A DNA stretch of 64,000 bases, from NCBI GenBank assembly GCA_029260165.1, contig JAJDDT010000013.1, positions 18,954 through 82,953 of the forward strand, given 5' to 3'. Of this stretch, positions 8,251 to 17,955 are shown piece by piece; position 1 is the stretch's first letter, and each line of letters starts with the position of its first letter. The notes below the pieces were generated by a model. It saw nothing but the letters and a program-made list of their open reading frames with translations, did not search any database and was not told where the DNA came from. This DNA is from Phycisphaerae bacterium. GTDB taxonomy: Bacteria; Planctomycetota; Phycisphaerae; UBA1845. A program made the translations under genes and the position numbers.

Positions 8251-11049
8251 CTACGGTGTCGATTCGATCACATGCTGCAATTCGGCGTAATCGCGAAGTG
8301 TCAGCAGACCGTTGTTGTCGAAATCGAAAATATCGCATCCGACTGGAATCGGGTCGCCCGGCCCGAAACATCTCTGAAAACCCCCGAAATCGAGCAGATC
8401 GACATCGTGGTCGCCGTCGACATCAGCCGGTGCGCAAACGAGGTCAACCAATTCGAACTCGTCGATGCAGGCTTCGGTGATGGAGTTGTTGGGCGCGTCT
8501 TCGGCGCTGAAACGGACGATGACTTCTCCGCCATCGACGAAATCGGACAGGAGGTGCTGGGTCTGCACCCACCCGGTGGTACCGGTGACGGTTTCGATCG
8601 TCGTCCACGATTGTCCACTGTCGCTGGAGATTTCAACGGTCAGGGAGTCGTCGCCGTCATCGTTGTAGAACCAGCGTGCGTAGGAAATCGTGGCGTTGCC
8701 ACCGTCAAACGTCAGTGGCGGTGAGGTCAGTCTGACAGGCCCCCAGTCGAGGTCAAACGCTCCCGGATCGATGATGTCCCCAGCCAAACCGCCGGTGACA
8801 AACGTCAATTCGCTGAATCCACCAAAATCGTTGCCGGGTTGCGACACGGCGTTACTGTCGGCTGGGTTAAACACGGGCTCGGGATCGACCCGTTCCCACC
8901 CGCCTTCGGTGAGGTCGATGCCGGGCTTGAACGGATCCTCAGCCTTCACACTTTCCACGATCCAGCCATTGTCGTTGTCGAACCCGTCACGGAGGCGCAC
9001 GGTTGCGTTGGTTGCGACGACGGAGCGAAACAGGGAGGTTGGCGCACTTGACGGGAATGACAGGGTTTCACCCGAATCGGTGTCAGCCGTGACAAACCAG
9101 CGATAGACCTCGTAGCATTGACCTTTCGGCAGGTTGACGGCGAAACGGACGCCGTTCTCCAGTTGTTCCACGGTGGCCAGGGGTTGATCCTCAATCGGAG
9201 ATCCGTCTGCTGCGAGAAAATGGGCGACTGCGGAATCCGGCGCGAGCTGCGTGCCGGCTGGTCCGTCGGTGATGTCGAGCATGACCGAGGCGTTTGCCAG
9301 CGGTGAGGTGGTATCGGGGACACCTTCGGGGAATTCGAATTCGAGCAGCGCCAATACCGGTCCGGGCATGCCATGACGCTCGAAGGCGCTCTGAATCTGC
9401 ACATAGTGGGGCGTCCCGTTAAAAACATCGTCGTCATCATCGTCGAGCGTGAGCACCGCGATGGCGACGGGGGATCCGAGCAGGGGTGGTCCGACGATGA
9501 TCTGGTTGAACATCAACTCGCGGGTCAGATCGAGTCCCTCCTGGGCACCGAGAGCGTCGATGAGTTCGGTCCGCATATCCCAGAACGCGCCGGCGATGGC
9601 CAACCCGTCGATGTGCGGATCACCGTTTCCGACGGGAAAGAAAAAATCGGGTTCATCGACGCGGCGGAGGCAGCCTGTTTCCAAACCGCGGAAACTCTCT
9701 CCGACGCACGGATCGTCGATAAGCAGCGTCGCGATGACGTCAGCCATCCCCTCGTGATAGTCGCCGGCTGCGTTGAACCCCTGGGCGGAGTCCACCACGA
9801 AGTGCCCATACTCGTGGTAGATCACGGATGAATATGAAGTGTTGGGGCAGGCGGGTTGTGGCCCGGGTGCGGCGGCGAAAAAATTCAGTCGCGGGTTCCC
9901 AAGTGAGTAAAATGCATTGCAGGTGTCCGCGATATTGACGACCGTCGGAATCGCAATATCCAGTGCAGTCAGGCCTGGGATGATTCCGGTGACGAAATCG
10001 TGAACCCTGGTCGTGTGGATCATCGCGTTGACCTGCGCGTTCAGAAGCGGGGCACCCAGTTCGTTCAACAGGAAATCGGCCTGGAAATCCGGGGGAAGCA
10101 CGCCTTCCTGCGAGGCGAGATCGACCGCGTCCTCGCTCACATTGCGGACCTCGCACCACTGCCCGTCGAGGTTGACCTTGACGACGGTCGGTTCCTCACC
10201 GAGGTAGGGAAGTGTGTAGGATCCGTCCTCCTGTACAAACGTGAAATCCGCGTTGTTTCGGAAAACACGCGCACCAAACAGCGGGAGCGAGGCGGGAAGG
10301 TTGTTGGGCAGATCCGGATCCACGCCCGGAGATCCAAAGCCCTCCACGGTGCCCGTGATGTCCGTGTGGACGATGCCGTCGCGTTTTTCGAGGATCGCAC
10401 CAGTGACGGCGTCGATGACGAACCCCCAACGCACCTGATTGGCGGGCGATGGATCCTCCGCCCAAAATCGCCAGGCTGGTGCGACAAGGCCGTTTTCCGC
10501 GAAGACAACGAGCGTCGCCTGCTCAAATGTCGTGATGGCGGGGGCGTCTTTTTGGGCGATCGCGTGGGCGTCGGCGATCGTCAATCGGGTCGCGGGTAGC
10601 TGACCGGTCAGCCTTTTGGTCGTCGCGTTCACAAGCACCAACGGGTGATTCGGTTCGATTCGGACCAAGAGGGATGCCTGCGATTTGTGGACGGGCAGGC
10701 CGTCGTGCACCTGCTCGAATCGATGCAGTGAGAACTTCCCGTTCATCAGGGTCCGGGTCTCTGTGACCCGCAGATCACCGCGTTTGACACCGAGCATGGT
10801 GGCGTGACCGGTGAGGAACGACTCGACGGAGTCGACGGCGGTCCGACCCGTTGAGAAGGCTTTTCCGCTGATATTGCGGACGATTCCGTCCTCATTGGCA
10901 AGGCTCGTTTTGGGGTGTTCGCGTTTGAAGTCGTCGATGGCTTTGACAAGCTCTGGTGATGCGTTTTGGTTCTCGTCCGCCCCAAGCGCGAACGGAGAGA
11001 CCGCGATCATCAGGACAACCATTTTCGATATATTGTGTTTGATATTCAA
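8251..11049 (-). CDS. Secreted M4/M36-like zinc metallopeptidase with propeptide and C-terminal dockerin-like tag
   Basis: FTP/PepSY-like propeptide (FEQVHDGLPV, IDAVTGAIL), CNAFY, VIYHEYGH and HEGMAD; terminal DVDGDHDVDLLDF. Confidence 0.82.
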   Translation of the reverse strand: MNIKHNISKMVVLMIAVSPFALGADENQNASPELVKAIDDFKREHPKTSLANEDGIVRNISGKAFSTGRTAVDSVESFLTGHATMLGVKRGDLRVTETRTLMNGKFSLHRFEQVHDGLPVHKSQASLLVRIEPNHPLVLVNATTKRLTGQLPATRLTIADAHAIAQKDAPAITTFEQATLVVFAENGLVAPAWRFWAEDPSPANQVRWGFVIDAVTGAILEKRDGIVHTDITGTVEGFGSPGVDPDLPNNLPASLPLFGARVFRNNADFTFVQEDGSYTLPYLGEEPTVVKVNLDGQWCEVRNVSEDAVDLASQEGVLPPDFQADFLLNELGAPLLNAQVNAMIHTTRVHDFVTGIIPGLTALDIAIPTVVNIADTCNAFYSLGNPRLNFFAAAPGPQPACPNTSYSSVIYHEYGHFVVDSAQGFNAAGDYHEGMADVIATLLIDDPCVGESFRGLETGCLRRVDEPDFFFPVGNGDPHIDGLAIAGAFWDMRTELIDALGAQEGLDLTRELMFNQIIVGPPLLGSPVAIAVLTLDDDDDDVFNGTPHYVQIQSAFERHGMPGPVLALLEFEFPEGVPDTTSPLANASVMLDITDGPAGTQLAPDSAVAHFLAADGSPIEDQPLATVEQLENGVRFAVNLPKGQCYEVYRWFVTADTDSGETLSFPSSAPTSLFRSVVATNATVRLRDGFDNDNGWIVESVKAEDPFKPGIDLTEGGWERVDPEPVFNPADSNAVSQPGNDFGGFSELTFVTGGLAGDIIDPGAFDLDWGPVRLTSPPLTFDGGNATISYARWFYNDDGDDSLTVEISSDSGQSWTTIETVTGTTGWVQTQHLLSDFVDGGEVIVRFSAEDAPNNSITEACIDEFELVDLVCAPADVDGDHDVDLLDFGGFQRCFGPGDPIPVGCDIFDFDNNGLLTLRDYAELQHVIESTP

Positions 11050-11070
11050 TTGAATGCTCCTGATTGCTGC

Positions 11071-12909
11071 TTATGGACAGTTCGCGATATCGATGGTGAT
11101 GACGGCTTCTTCGGTCACGGTTTGTCCGCAGTCGTTGGAGACGCGGCAGGTGTAGGCACCCGCCTGGCTTGCGTCGGTTACACCAAATGAAAAGAAGAAC
11201 TCGGTTGCACCGGGAATATCCTTTCCATTGAACAACCATTGGAACTGCGGTGATGCGCCGGATGCGCTGACAAAGAGCAGGACTGTGTCACCCGGACAGA
11301 AATCACCCCCGGTGGGGTTGGACGTGACAAGAGGTGGGAGGGCGACGTCGACGAAGGCTTCCTCGCTGGTCACGGAGGTAAGCCCGTTGCTGACAACAAC
11401 GGTGTAACCTCCGGATTGATCACCACCGAGTGCGTCGAATAATAGTGTCGCCTCGGTGGCACCCTCAATTGGCTCACCCTCGAAGAACCACTGGTGGTTG
11501 AGGTCGTTTCCAATGGCGGCGACGCTCAATTCACCGGGCAGCCCCTTGCACAGTGCGAGGCTTTGCGGTTGCTCGATAATGATGATGTCCTTGTAACTCA
11601 CCGAGACCGTGGACAGTCCGTCGATCGTCAGGGTCGCGTCCTGTTGGCCGTTCGGGGCGAGGGCACCGTTTATTCGCCATCGTTCGAGGAATCGATTGTC
11701 CCATTCGAGCGGCGCGGTGAAGGTGACGACGGCGTCATTGGGATAGGCGAGTATGAAGTCAGTGGCTCCGGCGCTGGTACCGAAAACGTCAGGCTGAGAC
11801 GCGGAGATGGGGACGCCAAAGGTGCCCGTCGATTCGATGAGAACCTCGGACGTGACGCTTTCGTAGACAGCTTCGGCGAGTTTCGGTTCCTCCATGGAAA
11901 CGACCATTTCGGTCTGACCGTCTGCCTGATCCACACCGTTGACAGTCCAGCGAACAAATTCGCTCAGAAGCGTCGCCGGTGGGGCTGAAATGGTCACGTT
12001 TCGGCCTGCCTGATAGCTCCTTCGGAACGGTGTCACGTCTTCTGCCAGGTTGAAGAAGTCTGCCGGTGAGACGGTCACGTCGACATTGGGTTCGACCACC
12101 GAGCCGATATTGAGCAGCAGGAGCGGACCGGTGAAATGGCGCTGAAGTCCACCAAAATCGTTGAGATCCACATCGCGGTCATCGTCGAAGTCGAAGGCAC
12201 GACAGGTGAACTGGTCGAGGAAATCGTTGGGGCCTGTGAAGCAGTCGCGGTACACACCGTAGTCACCCACGTCGATGTCGGTGTCGTCGTCACCGTCACC
12301 GTTGGGGATGAACATGCGGATGTCGATGCGCGCCTCGCCAAAGGGTGAACCAGCCAGTTCCGGAGCAGCCAGGATGTCGTTGGCAGCCTCCTGGGAAATG
12401 ACCAGGGTGAGCCCTGTGATGGAAAGCTCACCGGTGGTGTCGTCGTAGCTGACGTCGCCGGCGGTGAAGTCTGCGAAGGATGAGAACAACTCGAAGAATG
12501 GAACCACCCGAAGGGCACCGACTGCGTACCATACCTCGGGTTCGTGTTCGGCGTCGTGAATGAATGAGAATGCGTCGATATCAAAAGGCAGGGGCGTGCC
12601 GGGGATCATGAACCGTGCGCCGCCCTCGGTTGCAAGTCTGCCATCGCGAAAGGCGGCGAATTGTCCGTCCTGAACACCGATTGAAAAATCGGAGGATTCG
12701 AGCACGCGGAGTCCGAGATCGAAACCCGAATGGGGTGGGGCGGTCGAAACGAATTCGTCAAACGTCAGCCCCGCGATCGCGAAGAAACCGATAAACGTCT
12801 CATCGAATGAGAACGACACGACGCCGTCCCGGACGAACCGTACGCCGCCAGAGCTTGGCGCTGCAAACAACGTGACCGTGCAAACGGTCACTGCAAGTCG
12901 TAGAAGCAT
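11071..12909 (-). CDS. Secreted protein with dockerin-like, InlB-B-like and Ig-like domains
   Basis: Signal peptide MLLRLAVTVC; DGDDDTDIDVGD; two F.RW.VNG repeats; two Ig repeats (QW..G..I.GAT...G.Y). Confidence 0.8.
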   Translation of the reverse strand: MLLRLAVTVCTVTLFAAPSSGGVRFVRDGVVSFSFDETFIGFFAIAGLTFDEFVSTAPPHSGFDLGLRVLESSDFSIGVQDGQFAAFRDGRLATEGGARFMIPGTPLPFDIDAFSFIHDAEHEPEVWYAVGALRVVPFFELFSSFADFTAGDVSYDDTTGELSITGLTLVISQEAANDILAAPELAGSPFGEARIDIRMFIPNGDGDDDTDIDVGDYGVYRDCFTGPNDFLDQFTCRAFDFDDDRDVDLNDFGGLQRHFTGPLLLLNIGSVVEPNVDVTVSPADFFNLAEDVTPFRRSYQAGRNVTISAPPATLLSEFVRWTVNGVDQADGQTEMVVSMEEPKLAEAVYESVTSEVLIESTGTFGVPISASQPDVFGTSAGATDFILAYPNDAVVTFTAPLEWDNRFLERWRINGALAPNGQQDATLTIDGLSTVSVSYKDIIIIEQPQSLALCKGLPGELSVAAIGNDLNHQWFFEGEPIEGATEATLLFDALGGDQSGGYTVVVSNGLTSVTSEEAFVDVALPPLVTSNPTGGDFCPGDTVLLFVSASGASPQFQWLFNGKDIPGATEFFFSFGVTDASQAGAYTCRVSNDCGQTVTEEAVITIDIANCP

Positions 12910-13091
12910 CTGTCCGAACCTCCTTCTTGTGCGGTTCTGCTTTGTCGATGTCTGGAAACCGTCTCGAACCCACATTCGACCACACGGTGCAATGTACCAC
13001 TTTTTTCGTCGAGCGTGTGTGAATATTCTCGCGAATGACAAGACGCGACAAGTACACACATAGATGCAGAAATCAGTATCAACCCCTTACG

Positions 13092-13556
13092 CTAATTACG
13101 ATCTTCAAACTCCGCCCAACTTGTCGGTGTTTCACCCACGCGGACGCGCTCGACACGCACGTCCTGTCTGATCTTGTAGGCGATCCCCGATTCCGTTGTG
13201 AATGTCGCGCCCTTGCGGATTTGATCGTTCAAATGGTCGTAAATCCGTTTGGCCATCAACTCGGTCGTCGGGTCGCCCTCCTCGAAAATAACCACGCGCT
13301 CACCGGCAGTGCCGAGTTTTTCGATCACCGGGTCGCTTATGTTAACGCACAACGCATGGTCAAACTGATCAAGAAAGTCCGCAACCGCCAGTTTGATCCA
13401 CTTGAAATCGCACACCATATCGTTGTCATCGAGCGTCGGTGATGCGAGCACCAATTCGACACGGCGCGTATGTCCATGCGGGTATTTGCATCGCTCGGGA
13501 TGCTTGCTGAGCATGTGCCCCGTCTCGATTGTGAACGCCTTACAAATCCGATACAC
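13092..13556 (-). CDS. queD: 6-carboxy-5,6,7,8-tetrahydropterin synthase
   Basis: CKYPHGH, MVCDF, FDHA, PTTE and ETPTS motifs; adjacent to queE. Confidence 0.92.
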   Translation of the reverse strand: MYRICKAFTIETGHMLSKHPERCKYPHGHTRRVELVLASPTLDDNDMVCDFKWIKLAVADFLDQFDHALCVNISDPVIEKLGTAGERVVIFEEGDPTTELMAKRIYDHLNDQIRKGATFTTESGIAYKIRQDVRVERVRVGETPTSWAEFEDRN

Positions 13557-13580
13557 GCGTTGGTCTCCGATTTCGAGGTC

Positions 13581-14267
13581 TCACACGCCTCGCACGTCTC
13601 CGTACAACAGGATGTGCAACCGCGGACAAAACCGAAACCCGCGTTCCATACAAACGGCAGACACCCACTCGGCGCGATCGGTTAGAATAATTGCGTCTGT
13701 TCCCTCCGGCATCAGCCACACATCCGACGGTTCGACGCCCCGGAGTTGACTCAACAAATCGTCGATCTCGTTGAGATCGTCCGGTGACTGAACGACAAAT
13801 TTCAACTGAAACGGGTAATTTGTGACAAATTCCTGAACGACCCCAACGTTGAGTCGCAAATGTTCGTGACGCTCCGCCCAACCGTTTTCGTCCCGGTCCC
13901 ATGGTGTCGAGTTGGACATTTTCGGGCTGACGCTCACCAGATCACAAACGACGTCGCGACAGAGCGTGCCGGCTGTCTCGATCGTGATGTGACTGCCCGC
14001 CCGTTTCAATTCCCTGGTCAACGGGCCGATGTCGGGCCAGATCATCGGCTCGCCACCGGTAATGACGACGTGCCGCGACGAATATTCCAAAACAGCCGAC
14101 ACAATCGCGTCGCAGGACATTTCCTCGCCTTCCGGTTCCCAACTCGCGAACGGCGTGTCGCACCATGTGCAGCGAAGGTTGCAGCCGCTCGTGCGCACGA
14201 AGACCGACGGCGTGCCGGTCAGCCTGCCCTCGCCCTGAATCGATTGATAAATCTCGCAAATCCGCAT
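13581..14267 (-). CDS. queE: 7-carboxy-7-deazaguanine synthase (radical SAM)
   Basis: SIQGEG, GCNLRCTWCDT, ITGGEP, IETAGT, SPK. Confidence 0.94.
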   Translation of the reverse strand: MRICEIYQSIQGEGRLTGTPSVFVRTSGCNLRCTWCDTPFASWEPEGEEMSCDAIVSAVLEYSSRHVVITGGEPMIWPDIGPLTRELKRAGSHITIETAGTLCRDVVCDLVSVSPKMSNSTPWDRDENGWAERHEHLRLNVGVVQEFVTNYPFQLKFVVQSPDDLNEIDDLLSQLRGVEPSDVWLMPEGTDAIILTDRAEWVSAVCMERGFRFCPRLHILLYGDVRGV

Positions 14268-14320
14268 CGGACCATATTCCCTCGCGATACCAGTACCCCG
14301 TCATTGATCGAGTAGCGGCC

Positions 14321-14402
14321 GGGTGGCCCATGGCTTTAGCCGTGGGGGAGTCGAATCTGAAACTCAAATCGAGTCCCCCACCTCTAAAGAGGTGGGCCAC
14401 CC
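14321..14402. repeat. REP family 2 inverted doublet (REPIN/MITE-like)
   Basis: GGGTGGCCCATGGCTTTAGCCGTGGGGGAGTCGA...TCGAGTCCCCCACCTCTAAAGAGGTGGGCCACCC. Confidence 0.85.
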
Positions 14403-14528
14403 AAACAAATCGCCACCCAATCGGCGCGTTACCCGTCCGTCGTCTCAAGCTTGACGCAGCACTACACTTCCTTTGTACCAAAAGGCGGGACGTCATACCA
14501 CTGGCCGGCGCGGGCTGGTGGCTGCATA

Positions 14529-15044
14529 ATGCTGTCGGAGGTCGATGTGTTTTTCATCCTGTTGATTCTGTTCGTCTCAATGCCCGTCATCGAGCTGGCG
14601 CTGCTGTATCAGGTGGCACAGACGATCAGTCTGGGGCCAACGATCCTGCTGGTCATTATTACCGGCATCGTCGGGGCAGCGCTGGCCAAACACGAGGGGT
14701 TAAAAGCGTTACAAAGCGTGCAGAACGAATTGGCTCAGGGACGAATGCCGACGACACAGCTATTCGACGGCGTGCTGATTCTGGTCGCAGGCGTCGTTCT
14801 GATCACACCTGGGATCATCACCGACGCCATCGGGTTCTGCCTGCTGATCCCACCGATCCGCGCGATCGTGAAAATCCTGCTAACGCGTTATTTCAAAAAT
14901 CGCGTGTCGTTTACGAGCAATTTTGAAATGCACGGCTCCTCCGTCAGCGGCGGATTCGACGTGCGCAGTGGATCCGATGACCAATTCGTCGATGTCGAGG
15001 TCAAAAAAGTGCACGACGCAAACACCAAAAGGAAATTGCAATGA
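14529..15044 (+). CDS. fxsA: FxsA family membrane protein
   Basis: PVIELALL, AKHEG, LITPGIITDAIG. Confidence 0.9.
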   Translation: MLSEVDVFFILLILFVSMPVIELALLYQVAQTISLGPTILLVIITGIVGAALAKHEGLKALQSVQNELAQGRMPTTQLFDGVLILVAGVVLITPGIITDAIGFCLLIPPIRAIVKILLTRYFKNRVSFTSNFEMHGSSVSGGFDVRSGSDDQFVDVEVKKVHDANTKRKLQ

Positions 15045-15418
15045 CGTGGAACATCTGGCTCGCGATTGGGGCGATCAACGGTCTGGTCAGCGTAGCCGCC
15101 GGTGCGTTCGGTGCCCACGGATTGAAACGCCTCGTCACGCCGGATCAGGTGGTCATTTTCGAGACCGGGGCACGCTATCAGATGTACCACGCTATCGCAC
15201 TGATCGTCGTCGCATGGCTCGCATCGCGGAACACGTCCGGACCAACAAACGCCGCCGGTTGGTGTTTCCTGGTCGGGATCGTGTTTTTCACCGGCACGTT
15301 GTACGCCATCCCCCTGACCGGTGCTAAATGGCTCGGTGCCATCGCGCCTGTCGGCGGTTTGTCTCTCATGCTCGGATGGCTGCTGCTCGCCATTGCTGCG
15401 TTCAAAACATCCTCCTGA
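15041..15418 (+). CDS. DUF423 (YgdD/TMEM256) membrane protein
   Basis: GAFGAHGL, FETGARYQMYHA, LGAIAPVGG. Confidence 0.93.
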   Translation: MTWNIWLAIGAINGLVSVAAGAFGAHGLKRLVTPDQVVIFETGARYQMYHAIALIVVAWLASRNTSGPTNAAGWCFLVGIVFFTGTLYAIPLTGAKWLGAIAPVGGLSLMLGWLLLAIAAFKTSS

Positions 15419-15427
15419 TTGATACGC

Positions 15428-15907
15428 ATGACCCTCACGCCCGACCGACAGTCCGACGACACCCCGATGCGTTGTCTCGGTTGTGGCTACCAACTGAAAC
15501 ACCTGCCGGAGAATCGATGTCCCGAATGCGGGCGAACCTTCGATCCCGACGATGACAAGACTTATGTGGGCAAACTGGTCGACGGCTGGAAATACCTGCT
15601 GGCCGCTGTCGGCGCGGGACTCGCGATGTTCGCTCCGCTCGTCGTCGTATTGTTGAACGAGCGGAGACCCTTCGGTTCGCCCTCTATCCTTGGAAATCTA
15701 GGTTTCCTCGTCGTGCTCGGACCGATTGGGATGATCGGCGGATGTATATTGGCGGTGTCGATCGCCAAGGCGTCCTGGGAGGATTTAAGGGAGCCCTACT
15801 GCGACGGATCCCGCCGACGCTACCTGATCGCAGCGCTCGTCGTGAGCCTGGCGGCGATAGCGTTGATGGGTTTTCTCGTGCTGTTCCCGTCTGTAATCGT
15901 GGTGTGA
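15428..15907 (+). CDS. Zinc-ribbon membrane protein
   Basis: CLGCGYQLKHLPENRCPECG followed by three TM helices. Confidence 0.75.
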   Translation: MTLTPDRQSDDTPMRCLGCGYQLKHLPENRCPECGRTFDPDDDKTYVGKLVDGWKYLLAAVGAGLAMFAPLVVVLLNERRPFGSPSILGNLGFLVVLGPIGMIGGCILAVSIAKASWEDLREPYCDGSRRRYLIAALVVSLAAIALMGFLVLFPSVIVV

Positions 15908-15919
15908 CCCGTTCTGGAA

Positions 15920-17017
15920 TCAAGAATTCACCATGCGCAGTTTCGTCAGCATCCGTTTGCATGCCGTCGAAATACCGACTTTTCCTGGACGGGTCCATTT
16001 CGCGACGACGCCCACCTGTTTCGAGTTGGCCGAGATTTCAAACAGGTCAAAATGCATCAACCGATGCGTGAGTCTGTGCGTGACGCGACCGATCGGTTCG
16101 ATGCTTTTGGGTTTGGGAATTTTGAGTTGCTTCAAGACGCGTTCGAGGGCGGTCTCGGGCGATTCACTATTTTCGACCACCGTGTTCGGGAATTCCCACA
16201 ACCCCGACCACAACCCGCCCGGCGGACGCTTGGTCATTAAGAACGAATCACCACGACGAATCATGGCCACGACGTGGCCAATCTCCGGTACGACCCGGGC
16301 GCGTTTTCTGACAGGCAGGCGAGCGGGGTCACCATTTTCGTACGCGACGCAATGGTTTCGCAGTGGACAGGCGGGGCATTGGGGGCCCGTTGGCGTGCAG
16401 ACCGTCGCGCCGAGGTCCATGATGGCCTGGTTGAAATCCCCACATCGGCCCCGAGGCAACAATTCCTCGGCCAATACCCAAAATCGTTTCTGCGTTCGTG
16501 CGTCGGCGATGTCGTCGTCGATTTCGAACAACCGCGCAAAAACCCGCATGACGTTGCCATCGACGACAGCCGCCCGACGATCAAACGCGATCGACGCAAT
16601 CGCACCGGCTGTGTATCGCCCGACGCCGGGCAGTTTCAGCAACCCATCGACCGTATCGGGCAGCGATCCACCGTTGCCCGCGACCATCCTCGCCGCCTTG
16701 TGCAGATTGGCTGCCCGACGGTAATACCCCAGGCCCTGCCAATGCGCGAGCAACTGGTCATCGGTCGCACGCGCCAACGCCCGAACCGTCGGAAATCGCG
16801 TCATGAACCGCTCGAAATAGGGAATGACCGTCTCGACCTGCGTCTGTTGCAGCATGATTTCCGACACCCACGTCGCATAACCATCTCCGACGCGTCGCCG
16901 CCAGGGCAAATCACGTTTGTTGCGGTCGTACCACGTCAGGAGTTTTCGTCGGATTGCCTGGCGAACGGCGGAGGCAGGCAGATCAACGTTGGCAGGTAGC
17001 TCGACGTCGGCGGGCAT
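15920..17017 (-). CDS. mutY: A/G-specific adenine glycosylase
   Basis: RDLPWR, WVSEIMLQQT, HhH LPGVGRYTA, VDGNV, FeS motif CxxxxxxCxxCxxxxxC, NUDIX-like tail; start overlaps the upstream stop (TGATG). Confidence 0.95.
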   Translation of the reverse strand: MPADVELPANVDLPASAVRQAIRRKLLTWYDRNKRDLPWRRRVGDGYATWVSEIMLQQTQVETVIPYFERFMTRFPTVRALARATDDQLLAHWQGLGYYRRAANLHKAARMVAGNGGSLPDTVDGLLKLPGVGRYTAGAIASIAFDRRAAVVDGNVMRVFARLFEIDDDIADARTQKRFWVLAEELLPRGRCGDFNQAIMDLGATVCTPTGPQCPACPLRNHCVAYENGDPARLPVRKRARVVPEIGHVVAMIRRGDSFLMTKRPPGGLWSGLWEFPNTVVENSESPETALERVLKQLKIPKPKSIEPIGRVTHRLTHRLMHFDLFEISANSKQVGVVAKWTRPGKVGISTACKRMLTKLRMVNS

Positions 17018-17202
17018 CACCGTTTCAGCGGTTGGCCACAGTGCGCGCAGAATTTCGCCATTGGTCGGTTGACCTCTCGGCAGCGACGACAACGCGGTTT
17101 CGGATTCCTGGCTGCGGTGATAAACACGATCAGCGCGACGACAAAAACCCCGACCAGATAGTAAACGCCGCTACGCATCGCCAAAATACCCGTGATAGTC
17201 AA
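17017..17202 (-). CDS. Small single-TM zinc-ribbon protein
   Basis: Hydrophobic helix then CRRC..N...AKFCAHCG; coupled to mutY. Confidence 0.75.
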   Translation of the reverse strand: MTITGILAMRSGVYYLVGVFVVALIVFITAARNPKPRCRRCREVNRPMAKFCAHCGQPLKR

Positions 17203-17208
17203 CGTGAA

Positions 17209-17847
17209 TCATGACACCGGACCGGGTTTGCCGAGTTCGAACCGATCGCGAATGGTCGCATACCAGTCCCCACCCATCCGCGCGACCAGATCGATTTTCT
17301 CGACATCCACCGTGTCGTTTGCCAACAAAAAACCGTAAGCCACATGAAAACAAACAATCTCGCCAATGCAGATGTTGGCGGACAACGGACCCTCGCCGAC
17401 CTTGACGATCTGTATCAGCTTGCATTCCATCTGCACCGGTGATTCGCCCACGCGAGGCGGCTTGACGAACCGGCTCGGCACCTGCGTGAAACCAGCCTGT
17501 TCAAACTCGTTGACCCCCGGGGGGTAGGCCGCCGACGCCTGATTCATCGCCTCGCAAATGCCGTGCGTCACGACGTTGACGACCATTTCGCCGTGCGACT
17601 TCAGGTTGTTCAGCGTGTCCTTGTCAGTCCCGTCCGCCTTGGTGGCCGGCGAAAAAATAATCGCCGGCGGGTTCGAGCCGACCGCATTGAAAAACGAGAA
17701 TGGCGCGAGGTTCGGCGTGCCGTTGGGGGTAATTGTCGAGACAAACGCAATCGGTCGCGGCATGACGCAACTGAGCAGCGTATGAAAGTTCGCACGGTTC
17801 TCGCGATCAGCCGTGACAAGCGTTTTGTATTCCGTGTGCGTCTGCAT
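17209..17847 (-). CDS. Flavin reductase family protein (DIM6/NTAB)
   Basis: PRPIAFVST, NLAPFSFFN, KDTLNN, VARMGG. Confidence 0.92.
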   Translation of the reverse strand: MQTHTEYKTLVTADRENRANFHTLLSCVMPRPIAFVSTITPNGTPNLAPFSFFNAVGSNPPAIIFSPATKADGTDKDTLNNLKSHGEMVVNVVTHGICEAMNQASAAYPPGVNEFEQAGFTQVPSRFVKPPRVGESPVQMECKLIQIVKVGEGPLSANICIGEIVCFHVAYGFLLANDTVDVEKIDLVARMGGDWYATIRDRFELGKPGPVS

Positions 17848-17875
17848 GTCGTTCCGGAACAGGTTCAATCTTAAT

Positions 17876-17900
17876 GTAGCGTCACCCCTTGTGGGTGGCG
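17876..17900 (+). repeat. REP family 1, copy 2 (one stem change)
   Basis: GTAGCGTCACCCCTTGTGGGTGGCG. Confidence 0.8.
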
Positions 17901-17955
17901 AGAAAACCAATCCATGTGAGCACGCCCCAACCGCGACGTTCGTTGTGAAACCGCC

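Noticed and set aside
13092..14267. 7-deazaguanine DNA-modification (dpd) island
   Set aside because: No dpdA/tgt-like or other dpd genes; queG in the window supports ordinary tRNA queuosine synthesis.
14268..14320. preQ1 riboswitch before queE-queD
   Set aside because: No preQ1 hairpin with an A-rich tail is visible.
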